From: the human T2T-CHM13v2.0 reference genome, Homo sapiens
Length of the DNA: 64,000 nucleotides
Assembly (NCBI RefSeq): GCF_009914755.1
Contig: NC_060931.1
Direction: 5' to 3' (one strand)
Shown here: one piece after another, positions 37,144 to 57,074 of the stretch
Position numbering within the stretch: the first letter of the stretch is position 1
Layout of the letters: each line of letters opens with the position of its first letter
The notes under the pieces: model-generated
What the model was told of the DNA's origin: nothing
What the model saw: the letters and a program-made list of their open reading frames with translations, nothing else
Database searches by the model: none
Position numbers and translations under genes: made by a program

Positions 37144-38288
37144 AGACGTGGTCTCACTATGTTGCCCAGGCTGGTTGGAGTCCTTTTTTAAAGGCAAATA
37201 AAAATAACCCCTTTTATCTGTTAAGACTCATAAGAAATTGGCTGAAATAGATATTAGGATAGAGGACCAAAAATCCAGGGCTTCTGATTCTTAATTCTCA
37301 ACCTTCTCCAAAGTAAACAATTTCTATTCCTACTAGAATGTTTCCAAAGAAACACTTAATAAATTTTTACAGAGGTCAAAAATAGTCTACTAGGCAAATT
37401 ACTGTCTCTCTGAACTTAAATTAGTTATGGCAGAGCCGTTGGATGTTGTTAGTAGTCCATCAAACAGACAACTACCATTTCCTCCTTAATTCAATGTAGC
37501 TCAAGTGTATTTTCCAAATCTGGAACTGACTAGGGCTAGGATCTGGGTTCGCTTTTTATTGAGAATGTAAGTCCATGTTGTAGTATAGCAATTTTACTTG
37601 TAAACATTTCTAATTTGTCTGAGACAGCAGAAAGTCCTGTTTTCCTCCTTTTTCCTTGCTAGGTCTAGGATGAGGTTTTTGGTTAGGAACCTTTAAAATA
37701 ACCCAAGTTCAGTGTGCTCTACTTTTGATTATCCATCTTCTCTAAGGAAAGCACATACATACCTCCTTTAGAGAAATCTATATTCTTTTATGTAGCTTTT
37801 GTTAGAGTGCATTGGCCCACTCATTCAGTGCATCTGTTGGCTCCGATGTTAATTCTCAATAGACAAATAATATGATGCCTTTTAAGAAAATTACCACATA
37901 CAAAGGGTAAGTGTCATCTACAACACAGCATGACTCTGTTTTGCACAAACTACTTGCAATTCCAACTGTTAAATAGAATCCCTAAAAGGTGAAATCATAT
38001 GATTGAGTAAATTATGTGATAGAGTTACTTTATAGGTTTGCTGGACAGTACATCTGTTTTATTTGTGAATGTTGAATTTCATAGACATTTACTGTACTAT
38101 AGCTAATCTTTCCTTTTTTGTGTATTGTAACATGCATGAACAGAGTTAAATCCCAGAATATGTAAAACCTGATCCAGGGCCTTGAGGAGTGAGGGGCCAC
38201 ATTGGGATGCAGTTTTTTGCCATAGTGAAAGTGATCCTTTATACTAATAGGGAAAACAGAGTATTTTTAGTTTCAGTAAATTGAGTAA

Positions 38289-38540
<252 letters not shown>

Positions 38541-39339
38541 TAAAGTATGCTATTTAATATACTGTAAAAATGCACAGTAAAACAATGGAGCCATTGTAAT
38601 GCTTAAAATTTATTCTGCTTGTGCATCAGTGCTTTTTACCTATTTCTAATATCTATCAAAATATTTTGGTTTTAATATTTTTACCTGGCATAATTTGGGT
38701 GTAATTTCAGTTTTAATTTATCATTAATTCCTTTTTTTGTTCTTTCCAAGTATTCACTGTCTTCATAGCAATTGAAGTTAATATCAAAAATAAGGATGAT
38801 AGTGAACATTTTCTGATTATCTATAGTGTGCCAGGTACTAATTCTAAGAATTTCCATGTAATATTTAAACTTTTACCTCATTCTTATGAGATATACCTAT
38901 TCACCCCCCTTGTACACATGATGAAACTAAGGCATGTGATTATGTAACATGTCTAACATCACACAATATGAGGTATAGCCAGGGTTTATAATATGATCTC
39001 AGACATGACCTGAGCCTGTGTTCTTCTTCTTGGTGCTGCACGGCAATCTGTAGTGCTGGATATTTTTGCCACAGAAAAATAGCTCTGTGATTTGGTGAAC
39101 TATTTGACATTGGTCTAGAACCTTACTACTTCACATATGACTACCACATCACTTGAGGATTCTGGTCAGGAGATCTGGGGTGGGGCTTGTGAATTTCTAA
39201 CAAGCCTTCAGGTGACTCTGATGCTGCTTGGTCTGTGGGCTGTGCTTTGAGTAACAAAGATATAGAAGACATTTAGCTACATTCTTAAAAATTCCTGCTT
39301 TACATTAATCTTATTAAAGATTCAACAGAGATTTATACT

Positions 39340-42406
<3,067 letters not shown>

Positions 42407-43349
42407 TATTACTACCTCTAAATGAAGTTTTCTGTCACCTATTCCAAAAAATGGAAGTCCAGAAATTTTCTATACAATTTTAAAATAAGGAAATGTGATT
42501 CTGGATAAACTTTATAAAGTAACTTCAAATATTGAGTGACATCAGAGTTCTATAACTTTTCTTAATCATGAATTGTATTTAATTCTTAGGATTTGTTTTC
42601 CTTTCATAATTATCAGTGCTATAGTCTCCATCCTGAGTCTTATTTTTTCATTAGTTTTAATGGAAAACATCTATACACTATATACCTTCTGTATTCTGTT
42701 ACTTACATTTTTTTGAAAGTCAAATAGAAAAGGGATAGAGGGAATAGAGAATTGTGTTTTTCAACTTAATCCATCATGAGTATGTATGTGTAAGACACAT
42801 TCATGCAATCAGATAAGCATTCCGTCAATCTCCTTATCAATTTAAAAATGTGTTTTTCATTGTGTTCTGATTTTGTTTGATTGTATTATGGAGAAAATAA
42901 AAATAGATGGGATAAATTAATTTACACAATGAACTGTTGAAATAGGAATGAAAGAGATAGTCATCTATATGATACATAGAAGAAAATAGGAGCAGTGAAT
43001 CATATAGTACCAGTATTACCATATTCTTGGTTAACTAAATTTTAAAATCCTGTGGAACCCAAGTGAGCACTGATGCATTTCTAGTAGCAGCTGTAGATAA
43101 TAATTTGCCTGTAATGCATGCAGAGCTGAGGTTCATGATTATTTTTAAACATTTAGAAGATTTTCTAACTTCAGAAAATGTGAAAATCATTATATTGTAT
43201 AACTCTGTTCTCCAGAGTTCTGCTTTATAAATATAGCCATGTTTACTCAGGTTATCCTTTAAGTGATGGATTTTATGTGCTTAAAAAATGGAAACGAAAT
43301 GCCTAGCAGCCCTGAAACCTCAAGCTTGGCTTGCTATTTTAAAAAATTT

Positions 43350-44630
<1,281 letters not shown>

Positions 44631-44631
44631 A

Positions 44632-44892
44632 CCAGTTGAGCATCCCAACGGAAATCTGAAATTCTCCAAAATTCAAAACTTTTTGAGCACCATCATGACA
44701 CCACAAATGGGAAATTACACACATAAGAATTGAACACACCTTGGATTCATGCACAAAATTATTAGAAATATTGTATAAAATTGCTTTCAGGCTATGTGTG
44801 TTGAGTATATGAAACATAAATGAATTTCATGTTTAGACTTGGACCGTATCCCCAAGATATCTAATTATCAATATACATAATACATAAAATCT
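44632..44892 (+). mobile_element. Tigger4/MER46-like element followed by (GT)n
   Basis: cagttgagcatccca...atgcacaaaattatta...atgtttagacttgg...atccccaagatatct. Confidence 0.75.
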
Positions 44893-46489
44893 GCGTGTGT
44901 GTGTGTGTGTGTGTGTATCTATATATTCACATAAAAACTATCAAGAATCTTACTGTCTTGCCTTCTCTTCCTGGCATGGAGGCACCAGCATGGTGACTGA
45001 GGTCACTGCACATTGGAGAGGGTTGGGGAACCGCAACAGGCATGAAGCTGGCAGCCACGGATGTGAAGTGGTGAGGGAGGAATACGGAAGTGGTAAGAAG
45101 AATTAGCCAGTGTCATTTGGATTTTGGTTACATTGAGTAAATAAGTAAATGGATTGAATAAGTAAGTAAATATATTGAAGGTAATCGCAGCCAAGTTTCC
45201 AGAGAAGGTGTTTAGAAAGAAGTTAGGCTAGGAAGGGCCCAAAGATGTGTTGGATTGGAATTAAGAGTACAAGTATGAACTTAGAGTTTTATTTTTATTC
45301 TTGGACTCAGATCTAGCAATAATTATAGATGTATATGTCCATCTGTATGTGTGTATGTATTCGTTGTTGGTGTGCTGCATCCCAATAGCAGTGAGGTCAC
45401 TTCCTTCCAGATCTTGGTTTCAAAATACCAAAGAAAGGGGGGGAAAGTAAAAGTTGTGCCCAGAACATGTTGTTATACCAGAAAACTACCAAAATGCTCA
45501 GAGAATAATGGGGACATGTCAAAGGGAACAGGATTCAGTGTAAAAGGGCTCCCACTGGGAAAACCAAGAACAAATTTGAGGATCAAAATAAGTCACTGTA
45601 ATAATAAATTATAACACACTGAATTAAATAAGATTACATGAATTCATAACATAAATCAGTAAACAGTAGATTATTTGGGGGAGAAGTTGATAACAAAACT
45701 AAAAGTTATAGAAAGAACAATGGGTATACAGAAGCACATTTGACCACTATCATAGAGATAATTTGGGAGGACTAATTAGTGGCTGTAAATATGCTGGGTA
45801 GAGGATTGATGGGGAACAGAGTATTAGTAGAATCTCAGAATACCTCTTCAACTTTAAGGTTAAGAAATTGAGTAGCAGAATTATAGATCAAGATTAATAT
45901 CACCAGTGGTATGACAAGTTGACATCCTACGTTTCCTGGCACGTCATCATTTGTGTGGTATTCTTGCCAAGAATACTGTAACTAAGTCTGATCAGGAGGA
46001 AATATCACCCAGGTTAAAGGTCATCCTGCGGAATGTAAGGCATAAAATCTTCAAAACACATCAGGGACATGAACGAAAGGGAAAGACTGAGCAACTGAAA
46101 AATGAGGCAGCTAAGCAACTTATATCCTTGATGGCATCATGGAAAAGACTGCTGAAACTGTTGGCATTTGGATGAAGTGTTTAAACTGGATGGCTGTGTT
46201 GTAACAGTTGGTTTATGAATTTGGAATCTGGGATTTGGTTATGTTAGAAGATCTTTGTTTTAGGATATCCATACTGCAGTATTTAGGGAAGACAGGACCT
46301 CATTCCTGTAGCTTGCTCTCAAAAGTTTTGGAAAAAGACTAATAACGTGTGTAGGAGCAGTTGGGTGGGCACTGGAGCAAATGTGGTCATAACTTAACAC
46401 TCAGGGAATTTGGGTGAAAGGAATGTAGGGTTCTTTTACTTTTCTGGCAGTGTTTCTATGATTTCAAAATTATTTAAAAATAAATGATT

Positions 46490-47255
46490 AAATGGCTATT
46501 GTCAAAAAGATAAAGGTAACAAGTGTTGGAGAGGATGTGGAGAAAGGGGAACGCTTGCATCCCGTTGGTGAGAATGTAAATTAGTACAACCATAGAAAAC
46601 AGTATGGAAGTTCCTTGAAAAATTACATATAGAAGTATCATGATCCAGCAATCTCACTTTTGGGTATATATTCAAAGGGAATGAAATCAAGATCTTGAAT
46701 AGATGTATGTACTCCTGGGTTCATTGCAACATTATTCACAATAACCAAAAAATGGAATCAGTGTAAGTATTCGACAGATAAATGGATAAAGAAAATGTGG
46801 TACATATACCCAATGGAATACTATTAAGCTTTATAAAAGAAGGAAATCCTGTCATTTGCAACAACATAGATGAACCTGGAGGACATTATATTTACTTCAT
46901 GATCTCACTTATACGTGGAAAAAAGTTAAACTCAGAGAGAGTAGAATGGTGGTTACCAAGGGCTGGAAGGGATTCAGGGTATTGGAAGGGATGTTGATCA
47001 AAGGCTGCAAAATTTCAATTAGATAGGAGGAATAAGTTCACCAGAGCTATTATACGACATGAGACCTAGAATTAATAACACTGTGTTTGTATTCTTGAAA
47101 ATTGCTAAGAGAATTGATTTTAAGTGTTCTCATCACAAAAAAATAAGTATATGAGGTAATACATAGATTAATTCAATTTAACCATTTCACAGTGTATATT
47201 TCAAAACATGCTGTACACAGAAACATATTCAATTTTTATTGGTCAATTAAAATAA
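46490..47255 (+). mobile_element. Old L1MA 3' fragment
   Basis: aacaagtgttggagaggatgtggagaaa...atggataaagaaaatgtggtacata...ttgctaagagaattgattttaagtgttctca. Confidence 0.82.
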
Positions 47256-47402
47256 TGCTTTTTAAAAATAAATTATTAAATTTTAGATAAAACAATTATT
47301 AAATTTTAGATAAAACATAGTTCTTAGAATATTTCTTATGGTTAGCATGACTGCTGCCTGGTAAACACTTTGCTACATATTCTACCTAGTCCCAAAATAA
47401 GT

Positions 47403-47674
47403 TATTTATTTATTTATGTTTTTAGAGACGGAGCTTCCCTCTGTCACCCAGGCTTGGATTGCCTCCCAGGTTCCAGTGATTCTCCTGCCCCAGCCTCCCA
47501 AGTATCTGTGATTACAGGTGCATGCCACCACACCTGGCTAATTTTTTTGTATTTTTAGTAGAGACGGGGTTTCATGATGTTGGCCAGGCTAGCCTCGAAC
47601 TCCTGACCTCGTGATCTGCCCGCCTTGGCGTCCCAAAGTGTTGGGATGACAGGTGTGAGCCACCGTGCCTGGCC
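47403..47674 (-). mobile_element. AluS with internal deletion
   Basis: Reverse Alu motifs. Confidence 0.88.
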
Positions 47675-47840
47675 TATACGTATGTTTTAAAAGTATAGCC
47701 AACGGGATTTGCCGACAGGTTGAATATAGGGTGTAAGAAAAAGAAAGGAGCCAAGGACTTTAAGTTGTAGGGAAAAACAGTATTACCAATAATTGAGATG
47801 GAGCAGGTTATAGGAAGAGTACACCTGAGGATAAAAAGTA

Positions 47841-49012
47841 CAGTCATGTGTTGCTTGATGACGGGGATGCATTCTGAGAAATGGTAATTTCGGCATTGTG
47901 TGACATCATAGGATATACTTACACAAACCTAGATGGTTTACTCTTTTGCTCTGATCTGTACAGCATATCACTGTACTGAATACTGTAGGCAGTTGTAACA
48001 TAATGGTAAATGTTTGTATATTTAAATGTAGAAAAAGTACAGTCAAAATACAATACAAAGGATTTAAAAATGGTACACCATGGAGGTTGCAGTGAGCCGA
48101 GCTGAGATCGCACCACTCCACTCCAGCCTGGGTGACAGAGTGAGAGTCAAAAAAAAAAAAACAGTATACCTGTATAGGTATAAGGCATTTACCATGAATG
48201 GAGCTTGCAGGACTGGAAGTTGCTCTGGGTGAGCAAGTGAGTAGAATGATGAATGACTGTGAAGGCGTAGGACATTACTGTACACTACTGGGGACTTTAT
48301 AAGCACCTTACTTTTAGACTACATTAAATTTATTTGAAAATATTTTTTCTTCAATAATAAATTTTAGCTTACTTAAGGAAAGCTTACCGTAACTTTTTAA
48401 CTTTATAAACTTTTTAATTTTTTAAATGTTTTGATTTTTGTAATAACCAGTTAGCTTAAAACACAAACACATTGTACAAATTCTTCCTTATATCTTTAAT
48501 TCATAAGCTTAGGTATTTATTTGTTTATTTTAAAACCTTTTGTTAAAAACCAGGACAAAAACATACACATTAGCCTAGGCCTATCCAAAGTTCATATCAT
48601 CAATATCACTGTCTTACACCTCCACATTTTGTCTCACTGGAAAGTCTTCAGTTCTCATCTCCTATTATAATAATGCTTTTTCTGAGACTATCTCTTGAAG
48701 GACTTGGCTGAGGCGGTCACTTTTTTTAGTAAGTAATAGGAGTACACTCTAAAATAATGAGAAAAAGTATAATATAATAAATACATAAACCAGTAACATA
48801 GTCATTTATTATCATTATGCAACTGGCAGCACTGTAGGTTTGTTTACACCAGTATCACCATAAACACTTGAGTAATGCCTGGTGCTGTGATGTTACAACA
48901 GCTCCAGCATCATTAGGCAATGGGAATTATTCAGCTTCATTAATTTTATGGGACCACTGTTGTACATGTGGTCCATTGTTGACTGAAACATTGCTATGTG
49001 GTACATGACTAC
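47841..49012 (+). mobile_element. Tigger3b/MER7-type element with a short Alu 3' fragment (48082-48161), within L2-like sequence
   Basis: TA+cagtcatgtg ... catgact inverted termini; Golem internal motifs. Confidence 0.85.
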
Positions 49013-50050
49013 ATATGAATGTAGAGGAAGGCAGAAGTCAAAAAACTGAGCCCTGGGCATTCCAGCACATAGCGGTGTGGGAGAGAGGAAATCACCAACA
49101 ATGGAGACTGAGATTGTGCACTGCCAAGAAGCAGAGGAATCCCTGCCCTTACTGGGGAGTTCAAAAACAGGTTGGCATTGGAACCTAAATCTATTCTCAG
49201 TGGCTCCAAAAGAGTAGCAGCTAGTGAAACAAGGGAAAACCATGGGATTATAGCGTGCTAGAAACCAAATGAAAAAAAGCATTTCCACGAAGGCAGACTG
49301 ACCACCTGTGTGAAAAGCTACTACAAGCCTGAACATAATGGTTTCAGGAAAGAATGGGCAGGGAAGAATAGGAGACGGTAAACCTAGAGGAGTCTTTTGA
49401 AGAGTTTTGCTGCAAAAGAAATGGGGTAGTTGATGATGGGAGAAAAGGAGTAAAGAGTTTTGTTTTTAGCTGGAAAAACAAAGCATATTTATATGTTGAT
49501 GGGTGTGATCCAGTAAAATGGGAAAATTGGTGTTAACAGAAGAGGGATGAAAATTACTGGGCAGGCAAGACGGGGTGTGCTTTACTGCACAAGTGGAAGG
49601 CTGGCTTTAACTAGAAACATGGACGTTTCATCATCCATTGTAACAGGAGGGGATATTGACTGAAAAGTGGTGGAAGTTTGTGGAAGATCTTTGATTGTTG
49701 CTAATTTTCAGTGAAATGCTAAGCAAGTACATTAGCTAAGATTAAGAATGGGGGAGGAAATACTGATGATTCAAAAAGAAAAAAGAAAGTAGGAAATAGT
49801 TATTTAAGAAAGTAGGGAAGTGAATGGACTAGAGAAATGTCATATGTTAGCCAGTCAGCCTTAATGTTAGCCAGTCAGCAGCCTTAATGGCCTACCTGAA
49901 GTAAGTGGTCATGTGTTTGAAGTGAGATCAGTTCAATTATATTCAGGCAGAATGTGGGATTTAACCAGGGTAGGTTGTTTTATCTAGGGCAAACGTTGAG
50001 GAGAGTGAAGTGAGCATACATAATTGAGTGAGAGAAAGAGGAGTTGATGG

Positions 50051-50076
<26 letters not shown>
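50051..50076. repeat. (GT)n microsatellite
   Basis: Direct reading. Confidence 0.95.
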
Positions 50077-50082
<6 letters not shown>

Positions 50083-50793
50083 CTTACAGGACCTGGTGGG
50101 TTTGTAGGATTATTGGTATTTGGGCACTAGAGGAAGTGAATCATTTGGTTGGATATTGAAATCATCAAAAATTGCCACAGGACTAATGTTGGAGATGGTA
50201 ATAGTGAACCAAGAACTAAAATCTTCAAGGATTGAGGGAGAATGAGTAGATGTTCATTGATGACTGCAGCGTGGAGGAAAGTGGATGGTGTGGTGTGATG
50301 ATATGAGATTCAAAGCTGGTTGTATTCAGGGCGATGGCAGGAACAGAACTGTAACAAGGAACAAGGAGAACCACCTCACTCACAGGCCCAGTTCCATTTC
50401 CTAAACAGACGAATTTGTATTCCCTGTAACTCATTAGCCCCTAGTCTTCTGAATCCTTTTCTAAGAGAGTAAGTAAAATAAATGAAAGCATTAAGATACA
50501 TTAATAATTTTTATTTTACAAATATTTGAGTTAGTGATTCTGCAGAGTTTTATTAATAATTCAAAAAACTGACTTTAACCTGTCACTTCAAAATAGGTTA
50601 AATAGTGCAGCTGAGTTACGCCTCAAAACTTTTTAACTTGTTTTGGAAAGAAAATTGTGTTGTATGTCCAACAAACCTATATATGATTGTTTATTGTGTA
50701 TTGATGTACATACCAGAGACTGTTTTTGTATATTTACTGGGCGCTTAATAAATTATTTGCCTAATATTTAGTTATCTCTCCTTTTTCTTCTAG

Positions 50794-50955
<162 letters not shown>

Positions 50956-51000
50956 TAAAACTCAATGATTATGACATGTTACTGAAAATATGTTCACTTA

Positions 51001-51192
51001 GGCTGGGCACGGTGGCTCACATCTGTAATCCTAGCACTTTGGGATCTCTCAAGGATCACTTGAGCCCAGGAGTTCAAGACCAGCCTGAGCAACATAGGGA
51101 GAGCCCATTTCCACATAAGATTTCTAAGTTAGCTAAGGGTAGTGGCACATGCCTGTAGTCCCAGCTACTTGGAAGGCTGATGCTGGAGGATC
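51001..51192 (+). mobile_element. Partial old Alu
   Basis: ggctgggcacggtggctcac head, truncated in the right arm. Confidence 0.85.
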
Positions 51193-51704
51193 GAAGAAAA
51201 TATGTTCTCTCACTTTGAAAACGTTTTCATTATTTTGTTTTAAAAAGACATGTTGTTTCTAATAGTATTTCATTAACGTATGTATATGGTAACAAATATA
51301 CATGAATATAAACACACATACATGTATAGCTGATAAGAAAACATTCTATAACATTGACTGACAGGGTGTCTAGACTTAGGGATTTAGGTGTCCTGTCCTG
51401 TCCTATTCCCTTAACCCCCCAAATCTGGTTTGTTCTCTTAGCTCTAAATTTATCAGAATGGGTTAACTTGACTTGTCATTGATAAAGGATTTTTGATATC
51501 CTGAAAGTTTTATTTTAAACTACTATATTTTTATTGGCTTATCTTTACAACTATTCAATAGGAACTTAATGGTTCAATCCTTTATCTTGCTTAGGGAAGA
51601 CTTTTAGTTTTCTTCTTTTGCCTGATCAGGTAATAGTTATATAGATATCTTACTAATTGAAGTAAAACATACATACTGACAAGTACCCAGATCTTAAGCA
51701 ATCA

Positions 51705-52040
51705 AGTACTGCATAATGATATCTCAATCAGTTAACTGCATCTATGACTTATAAATACAGTTTTTTTTTTTACTTTATCTTTCGTATGTTTAGATACACA
51801 GATACTTACCATCGTTTACAGTTGCCTACAGTATTGTCCAGATAATTCAGTACAATTGCATGCTATACCGGTTTGTAGCCTAGACTCTACCTAGCAATAA
51901 GCTATGCCATATAACCTAGGTGTGTAGTAGGCTATACAGTGTAGGTTTACATAAGTAAACTGATGTTTGTCTAAAGATAAAATTACCTAAATGACACATT
52001 TATCAGAACATATCCCCATCCTTTAGCAACACATAACTGT
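51705..52040 (-). mobile_element. Tigger3a/MER7A-type element
   Basis: Reverse complement of the motif at 478 and 47841; ends cataactgta. Confidence 0.78.
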
Positions 52041-53549
52041 ATTAGAACTCACTGAATTATCACAAAAAGAGACTGTCATTTTGGTAACATTAGGAAGAAA
52101 AGTATCCTTGCAAGCAGTTCAGCAGAAAGTTACTACTTTAGCTTCTTTATTGTACTATTTGCTGAGTAGAAACACCTTTTTGCCTTCTTTCTTAATTTCT
52201 CACAGGGAAACTATACAAACAAATTTAAGAATTCCCTACACATTGTCTGTTTATCAACAAACAATATTATCTTTGATGATTTTGGTGGGGGGTTGGGGGG
52301 TGCTCGTTGAATTTGTTTCAGAGTCATCAAAGATGGTTTCTTATCCCCAACACTAGATTCTGGGTAAGAAAAGAAAATGGCTGGAGAAAGAGCCCATACT
52401 CACCAGGAAAGGAGGAAATAGGCAATCTAACCCATAAGGGAAGAACAAAAAGAATCCCGGAAGCAAAGGTGATAAGGAGACCCCTGCAGACTAGTTTAGA
52501 TACAGACATATGTATATTGATACATAGCAGGAAACTGGAATTATTACACACTCATTTTACCAAAAAGCATCTTTAGAATACAGAACATGTGTATAAGTAA
52601 CTTATTGCCACACCTGACTCTACCACCACACATTCATCTGAACTCTGAACCCATCACAAGATATAAATCCAAACAAGTGGTCATATGTGCTATGTACTTA
52701 TATCACAATAGGTAAATACACCCACATATAGACATAAGTACATTTAAGAATTATATTTAAAACTGTACACACATAAATGGATATAGTTTCAGATAAATCT
52801 AGTTTAGCCAAAACAAAAACAGGATCTCCTAGTCTAATAGTTTGTGAAACCGACATAATGAAGTTAATATATTTTACTGTAGGATTTCTTAGAGCTGTCA
52901 TTTACAGCACTGTAAATTCATATACAATGAGATTTGCATTGTAAATCTCTAAAGAAGGAGACAAGTTTCCTAAACTTGTTACCCATGGCTTCTGAGAAAC
53001 ATATAAAAGCGCTAGGGGAAAATATTGATCTAGATGAATATTTTGTTACTGTCTTGAGTGACTTTAGATAAGTTTTACAACCTCTCTAAACCTTAGATCC
53101 CTTATGTGTAAAAGAGAATGTTATTGTTTCTTCTAAACATACACATATACCTTCTTGTCATAGTGAATTACACACAGTAAACATTTAATGAATAACTATA
53201 TTTTTAGAATGCATATGATTGGTAAATCATAAACATTTAAGTTTCTACTGTTGAAATCAAGCTTGATTCAGGCCTTTCAAGGGCACCGTTAAACTCTTAA
53301 AACTAGTTTTAAGCCAGTCAATGTATTCTGTATCAAAAAGTTAACATAGTATGCATTGTAAAGGTATAGGAAACTTGAGAGATCACAACTTGTTAATAGT
53401 AAAGATTCAGAAATACTTTTTGGGATTGTTTTTAGAGCCAATGTTAGGTTCGCTTGTTTTGATATATGACAGCAGTTCTCAAAGTATAGTCTGGTACTCT
53501 TTCAGGGGACCACAAAGGCCACCCTTTTCCAGCTACACGTCTGGATGAG

Positions 53550-53985
53550 TGTTGTGCCAGACCTCTGTTGACTTCAGTAGGGATAGGACCATGTTTGAGA
53601 GGCCCAAGAAGAGACCTGGAGCCAGTGAATGAGACACAGGGCTTATTTAGGGAACTTACATACAGGACAGTCCAGTGGAAGTGGGCTGGACAGGAGAACC
53701 ACCAGCAAGTAGTTTATATAGCACTTAGCACCCTCCCGCTAGCAACCTCCATGTGGCAACCTTCATTTAACACAAAGCAAAAGGCATCCATCCCCAATAT
53801 GGCCTGGATTCCACAGGCTGAGCTGGGAGTTCAGATATTCTTCATTGATAAAGAATGATAATCTCCGGGTTGGCCACTCCTAGGTTCCTTAACGCAGAAC
53901 TCCAAACACACATTCTTCTTAGGCCATACAGGGTCACTCACAGGGTACACTTAAGTTATTGCTGTCAGGTGCTGTCTGCCATACA
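53550..53985 (-). mobile_element. Solo ERVL LTR (LTR47-like) inserted into a Charlie-like hAT remnant (~53470-54310)
   Basis: Minus strand begins TGTATGGCAGAC..CACCTGACAGCAATAACTTAAG; 5-bp TSD atgag/gtgag. Confidence 0.75.
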
Positions 53986-54422
53986 GTGAGACTGAAATTT
54001 TTTTCATATATTTTAACTTAACAATATATTATGATAGATAGTGCAGAAACAGATAATGTGATTTCAGCTATTAAGCCAGACATTCAAACAGATTTTTTAA
54101 AACATCAAACAGTATTTTAAAATATCAAAAAATGTTTACCAAATATTTTACAATATAGTTTTATAAAAGCATGTTGTTATGGTTTTATTCTTAAATGAAT
54201 TAGAAAGTTTTAAAAATTATTCTTAATTTCTAATATTATAAATGTTGATGACTAGAAGTTAGATGAACAAAAGCTGTTTGGGGGTTCTCTTTCAGAGTGT
54301 TAAAGGGCTCATGAGATCAGAGAATTTCTTGGCAATTTTGAAGTTCTGCAAAAATAGCTTTAGAAAATGTGATATTTCACCAACTATCTGAAAAACTGTT
54401 TCCCTTAACCTTTTCTTTTTAA

Positions 54423-54728
<306 letters not shown>

Positions 54729-55206
54729 TAATTATAGTATAATTGTGTTTAGCAGCTCAAAATAACAAAGACATCCATTTTCCATACTCTAAATATCTGC
54801 ATTTATAAAAATTTATCACATTAAGGATCCCTGATTTAATGCCTAGTTTTTAATCCCTACTTAAAAAGGATTTAATGGTTTATTGAGTTGATAAATCTAT
54901 TTTCATCTACCCTTCATTGTCTTTAAATTATAGTGAAGGATAAATGTTTGTATTCCTAAATAACCCAGGCCTGTGATTGATGGGAAAAGTTGTGTGCCTA
55001 TAATTCCTATATTGGTGCTTCAGAATGATGAATACATTAAGAATCTGCCCTCTTTGAGGATGCAGTGTTCAGTAAACCACATTGCATCTTAGAAATTAAG
55101 GCAGAGTGAAATAGAAAAGGGCAGAAGTGTGATTCATTATAATCTACCTTTTTCAAACTTTATTTCTGAGCAAATATACTGTCTACCGTTCTTATTTTTA
55201 CTATAA

Positions 55207-55511
<305 letters not shown>

Positions 55512-57074
55512 CTAATTTTATTTTTTAAGTTGCTTCCCCTGTCACAGGATTCTTAGACACTAACTCAATCAACCATAACAGTTTAGGAGGGGGGCGGAAA
55601 TCACCTTACATCTTACCAGACCATAAGCATCTTCATGGCATGGTCGACATCTTACATACCGTAGCACATTACACTGGCATTAAGTGTCATTTTTTTGGTT
55701 GTCAATATGTAAACATTAGTCTGGATGAAGGTGGCAAAAGACTTCTATGACTACCTTTATTCTCCCTTAAGGACCATTTTGGGCTAAGAAAAATTATCCC
55801 TTAGATAAATTTAAAAGCTTTTCCATGTAATTTCCTAAGTATGTTCTGCTTGTATTTCTATGATATAAAACCCTTCAATTCATAAAATTTTCATAGAAAA
55901 ATAAAAACATTGCTATGGCTTTTAGGTTTATACTTTTTTAAAGTTTCGAGATTTTCTTATTTTTCTCTAATATTATTTTTCTACTCTTTACCTACAGAAT
56001 TTCACTTGCTTAGAATCAGCTTCTAAATGTATTTTTCACTGGGTCTGTAATTGCTGGCCACTCTTGAAAGTTAATGAGAGGTAAACCCAGTGCCAACTAA
56101 TTTTTAAGAGAGAAGCAGTTGACCCAGGTGAGGATAGTAAATTCCAAAAATAGGAAGAATAAAAATAATAAAGAGGATAGGACTGTACTTTATAGCTGTC
56201 TGCCTTCACAGTGTCAAAGTTTCAGGTGTTGCTGCTTCAACCTTAAAAGATTATTTATTTGTCCCCTGTGAATGTAGGGGGAAATAGGCTCCTCTTTGAG
56301 AAGTTGTGATCATACAGTTAAGATATACTAAAAAGAATATTTATTTTGCAATACATTCCCAACTGTAGAGAATCAGTCAAGAGGAGACTGGCATATAAGG
56401 TTACCTTTTTCTTCTAGGACTGGTCTCAATTTCCAGGGCTAGTATTTATGAGCCCACAGAGCAGGCTTGCTTTCTAGCCTTTGCCTTGTTGCAGGAATCA
56501 GAGGACCAGAGAGACCAATGGATGGAACAGGAGGATTTTATTTAAGTGGCCACTGGCCCAACAGATTCACATCCAAAGGCTAGGTCCCAAACAAAGACAG
56601 GGCTTGACTTTTATACACACTTCTGAAAGGGGGTTGGCTAATTTAAATGGCACAAAACTCGTGGTACAGGCAAGGAGGCTTACAGAGGCAGAACAAAGGC
56701 AGTTTGAATCAAACAGTGACAGATTTTGTAATCCTTAGCATAGCTTGTGACCTTGCAGCTGCATTGAAAGAAAAGCAGGAGCTTATAAAACCTGGAAATT
56801 GAGTAATGGTAAGGGGCATGAGGAGATAGTAAAGGAATTTGTTTTTCTTAACTTTGCTCTGAGTGGGTGTTGGGAGAGTCTCTGGAGCTCCTTCCTTTGG
56901 GCTCTGGCTTTCCAGATAGTGTTTTCAAGGCTTTGTCAGGGCCCTGCCTATTGCTGGCCTTGGAGTGAGTCAGCTAAGTACAGGAAAACTTGTTTTCCTC
57001 TTTTTAATTTCGGCTTCATTCCCCCCTTTGATGCTCCCTGTAAATGAAGTTTAATGGAAAGCATCTCTATCACT

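Noticed and set aside
44960-45100. Purine-rich stretch ending in GTG|GTAAGA as a cryptic exon
   Set aside because: No convincing AG acceptor after the pyrimidine tract, and it lies next to old L1-like sequence.
47271-49886. Short tandem duplications (23 bp at 47271-47316, about 20 bp at 49844-49886; also near 15512-15550)
   Set aside because: Ordinary slippage events in repeat-derived intron with no functional cue.
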